From SAR202 cluster bacterium (GTDB taxonomy: Bacteria > Chloroflexota > Dehalococcoidia > Lucifugimonadales > VGZY01), in contig VGZY01000004.1 of assembly GCA_016872355.1 (NCBI GenBank), positions 15,688 through 79,687 on the forward strand: 64,000 nucleotides of DNA, read 5' to 3'. The notes under the pieces were generated by a model, which was given only the letters and a program-made list of their open reading frames with translations, was not told where the DNA came from and did not search any database. Shown piece by piece: positions 62,143-64,000 of the stretch. The first letter of the stretch is position 1, and each line of letters starts with the position of its first letter. The translations under genes were made by a program, and so were the position numbers.

Positions 62143-63579
62143 TCACGGAACAGTTGTGGTGGCGGGTTCAAGCGTTAGCTTCATGATGAAGACGTTATAG
62201 TCGCCATAGAATGTGGACATGGCAAAATACACGTCGGACCCTTCGATATGGGGAAGCATGAGCGGGCCGTACAGGGAATGGTAGTCATCGGAGTGAACGA
62301 CAGGGCGCTCGTCGCCCCACGGTCCGGTGAGCGAGTCCGCAGTCCGCAGAACAATGTTGTGCGTAACCTCGTTCAGGTACATCATCAGCCACTTTTCGTG
62401 GTATTCGCTCCAGCGGACCGAGAGCTCCCCGACCGGCCAACCGACCACCTCCGCGGCTTCAGCCGGCTCGCGCGTCCAGGCGGCGCCGTTCCAGTACTCA
62501 TACCGGTCATACTCCAGGAGCTGCTCCCCGGGCACGCGAAACAGCTTCAGCGGCCCGAAACGGCTTGCGCCGGTGCCGAAGACGTAGATGTTCCCCTCAT
62601 GCTCCACCATTGAGACCATGGCGTAGGGCGAGTTCCCTATCCACCTGGCAGTCTCGTGCTTGGTCCACGTGTTGCCCATGTCATCAGAGAACGCAAAGCC
62701 CGACCCGTTCACGACGGGTATCTTGTATCCCCACCATTGCTCTTCCCAGTCCTTTACCAACATGTAGTGGATGTACATCCGGCCCCCGAACGCGATGGCC
62801 GAAGTGGGCACGGCCGTGTACTCTTCCTTTGGCTTTTTGAGCGCTGAGATAAGCTCCTTCGCGTTGCCGTCCGCCCCTTTCAGCATGTCGGTCACGATGT
62901 AGCCTGCTTCCGGGTGGCGCTCCACTATCCCCAGCGTGCTGGTGCGCCATTGCGCGCCTTCTACGCCGTCCCGCCCCCACGTATCCCCGAAGACCATATT
63001 AATGCGGCCGTCCATCTCAAAACTGATGCCGAGGTCCGTTCCGACAACGTTCCACCGCTCGTCGGTCTTCCCGGCCGAGCCGCGGCCCGTAAGTTTCGAC
63101 ACTAGCCTCGGATTCTTTACCACGAGGCCGGGAGTAAGCAGGGCAAGAGTGCTGGTTGTGCTGGTGGAGGCAGTGGCGGGCGCCATTGGAGCGGGGCTCG
63201 GAGTCGGGGGAGCGGCGGTCGGGCCGGCTGAGGGAATGAGGGGCCCCGGCGTTGCGGCATCAACCGGCGCGGGCCCAGGTGTGGCTGTCGGAGGGGGCTC
63301 TGTTGGAGTCGGGACAGTCTGCGTTGCCTCGGGCGATGGGCGTGACGACACCGGAATAAAGGCGGGATATCGGGTCGGTGTGATGGGGATGGGCGCGGAG
63401 ACGGAGCTCCTGCCCATGGGGGCGTGCGAAGGTATAGTCTTGGCTGTCAGGCCTATCTCGTTGCTGACGGCTATCGCTGCCCCCACCCCGATAGAAAGCA
63501 TCCCCGCCGCAAGCAGACCCAGCCGCCTCCGCATCAACCGCCACCTCACAACAAAGCGATCACATATCCACTTTAGCAA
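62143..63579 (-). CDS. Membrane-anchored DUF4185-like (glycoside-hydrolase-like) protein with Pro/Thr-rich linker
   Basis: 478-aa ORF with an N-terminal TM and a PT-rich region. The rest (GTDLGISFE...MVFGDTWG...WRTSTL...FSDDMGNTW) is typical of DUF4185. Confidence 0.6.
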   Translation of the reverse strand: MLKWICDRFVVRWRLMRRRLGLLAAGMLSIGVGAAIAVSNEIGLTAKTIPSHAPMGRSSVSAPIPITPTRYPAFIPVSSRPSPEATQTVPTPTEPPPTATPGPAPVDAATPGPLIPSAGPTAAPPTPSPAPMAPATASTSTTSTLALLTPGLVVKNPRLVSKLTGRGSAGKTDERWNVVGTDLGISFEMDGRINMVFGDTWGRDGVEGAQWRTSTLGIVERHPEAGYIVTDMLKGADGNAKELISALKKPKEEYTAVPTSAIAFGGRMYIHYMLVKDWEEQWWGYKIPVVNGSGFAFSDDMGNTWTKHETARWIGNSPYAMVSMVEHEGNIYVFGTGASRFGPLKLFRVPGEQLLEYDRYEYWNGAAWTREPAEAAEVVGWPVGELSVRWSEYHEKWLMMYLNEVTHNIVLRTADSLTGPWGDERPVVHSDDYHSLYGPLMLPHIEGSDVYFAMSTFYGDYNVFIMKLTLEPATTTVP

Positions 63580-63627
63580 AGAAATGGGCGCACTGGGTTA
63601 GACTACAAGGGCAGGCCATGGGGGTGT

Positions 63628-64000
63628 TTACCCGGTGCGTTCAGCGAGGGTGACTACGGCGGTGTTGATCTGGCCGGCGCGGATGTACTCCACCTGCACA
63701 TGGTCTCCTACCTTGTAAGACCAGAGCACGTGCAGCCACGTCTCCACGTCCGGCGTCTGGAAGCCGTCTATCCGCGTGATGACGTCGCCTATGCGGATAC
63801 CGGCAGTGTAGGCCGGCCCCGTGCGGGAGATCTGCGTCACAATCACGCCCTCGCGCACAGGCAGCCGCAGCTCATTTGCGATGGCGCTCGTGACGTCCTG
63901 GCCGTCGAAGCCTATCGACGGGCGCACCACGCGCCCGAAGTTGATGAGGCTCTCTATCACGGGCACGGCGGTATCCGCGCTGACTGCAAAGCCCAGACCG
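63628..64000 (-). CDS. HtrA/DegP-family serine protease, C-terminal PDZ part only (5' end beyond window)
   Basis: PDZ-like ..RPSIGFDGQDVTSAIANELRLPVREGVIVTQISRTGPAYTAGIRIGDVITRIDG... The frame stays open to the window edge. Confidence 0.7.
   Translation of the reverse strand, partial: GLGFAVSADTAVPVIESLINFGRVVRPSIGFDGQDVTSAIANELRLPVREGVIVTQISRTGPAYTAGIRIGDVITRIDGFQTPDVETWLHVLWSYKVGDHVQVEYIRAGQINTAVVTLAERTG

Overview
GC-rich (roughly 60-65% by eye, not computed) bacterial chromosomal segment with about 75 genes.

Core content:
- A pyrimidine operon (pyrR-pyrB-pyrC ... carA) behind a sigma70-like promoter and a PyrR-binding attenuator leader.
- Fatty-acid and phospholipid genes: fabF, and a HadAB-like hotdog pair followed by plsX and fabG.
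- folC, a tupABC-like oxyanion ABC transporter, a long PutA, and a type-2 ileS preceded by an Ile (AUC) T-box leader.
- T-box plus PyrR attenuation points to a Gram-positive-type regulatory repertoire. Chloroflexota/Thermomicrobia-like, Deinococcota or Actinomycetota are candidates, and this cannot be resolved without a database search.

Accessory content:
- Six type II toxin-antitoxin loci lie in the first 16 kb, some embedded in the pyr operon, and a seventh candidate pair lies at 57.2 kb.
- Four tandem paralogue arrays: 3 BNR/sialidase-fold, 4 xylose-isomerase-like TIM barrels, 2 DapA/NAL-family lyases, 3 short uronate-dehydrogenase-like NAD enzymes.
- An APH(3')-like kinase, a group-3 sigma factor with nearby membrane and surface proteins, and two small low-GC islets (dinD; an orphan nuclease-like gene).

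Most unusual observations:
1. A short-repeat family colonises this window. It consists of heptamer tandem arrays of the GGCAGTC / CCCCAGT / CCTAACA type, plus a double-hairpin module CCTCTCCC-N-GGGAGAGG / CCTTTG..CAAAGG / GTGAGGG. It lies in intergenic DNA but is also inserted IN FRAME in coding sequence: twice in essential ileS, in two of the three BNR paralogues, and at a domain junction of putA.
2. The density of disrupted genes is high. There are four in-frame UAA/UAG stops; where a paralogue in the window allows alignment, they replace Tyr or Phe. There are four frameshifts, two of them in G/C homopolymers. One gene has a conserved N-terminus reachable only from an ATT codon. There are also truncated remnants.
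3. There are 85-86 bp nested-palindrome MITE-like elements.

No rRNA, tRNA, CRISPR, transposase or integrase was recognised.
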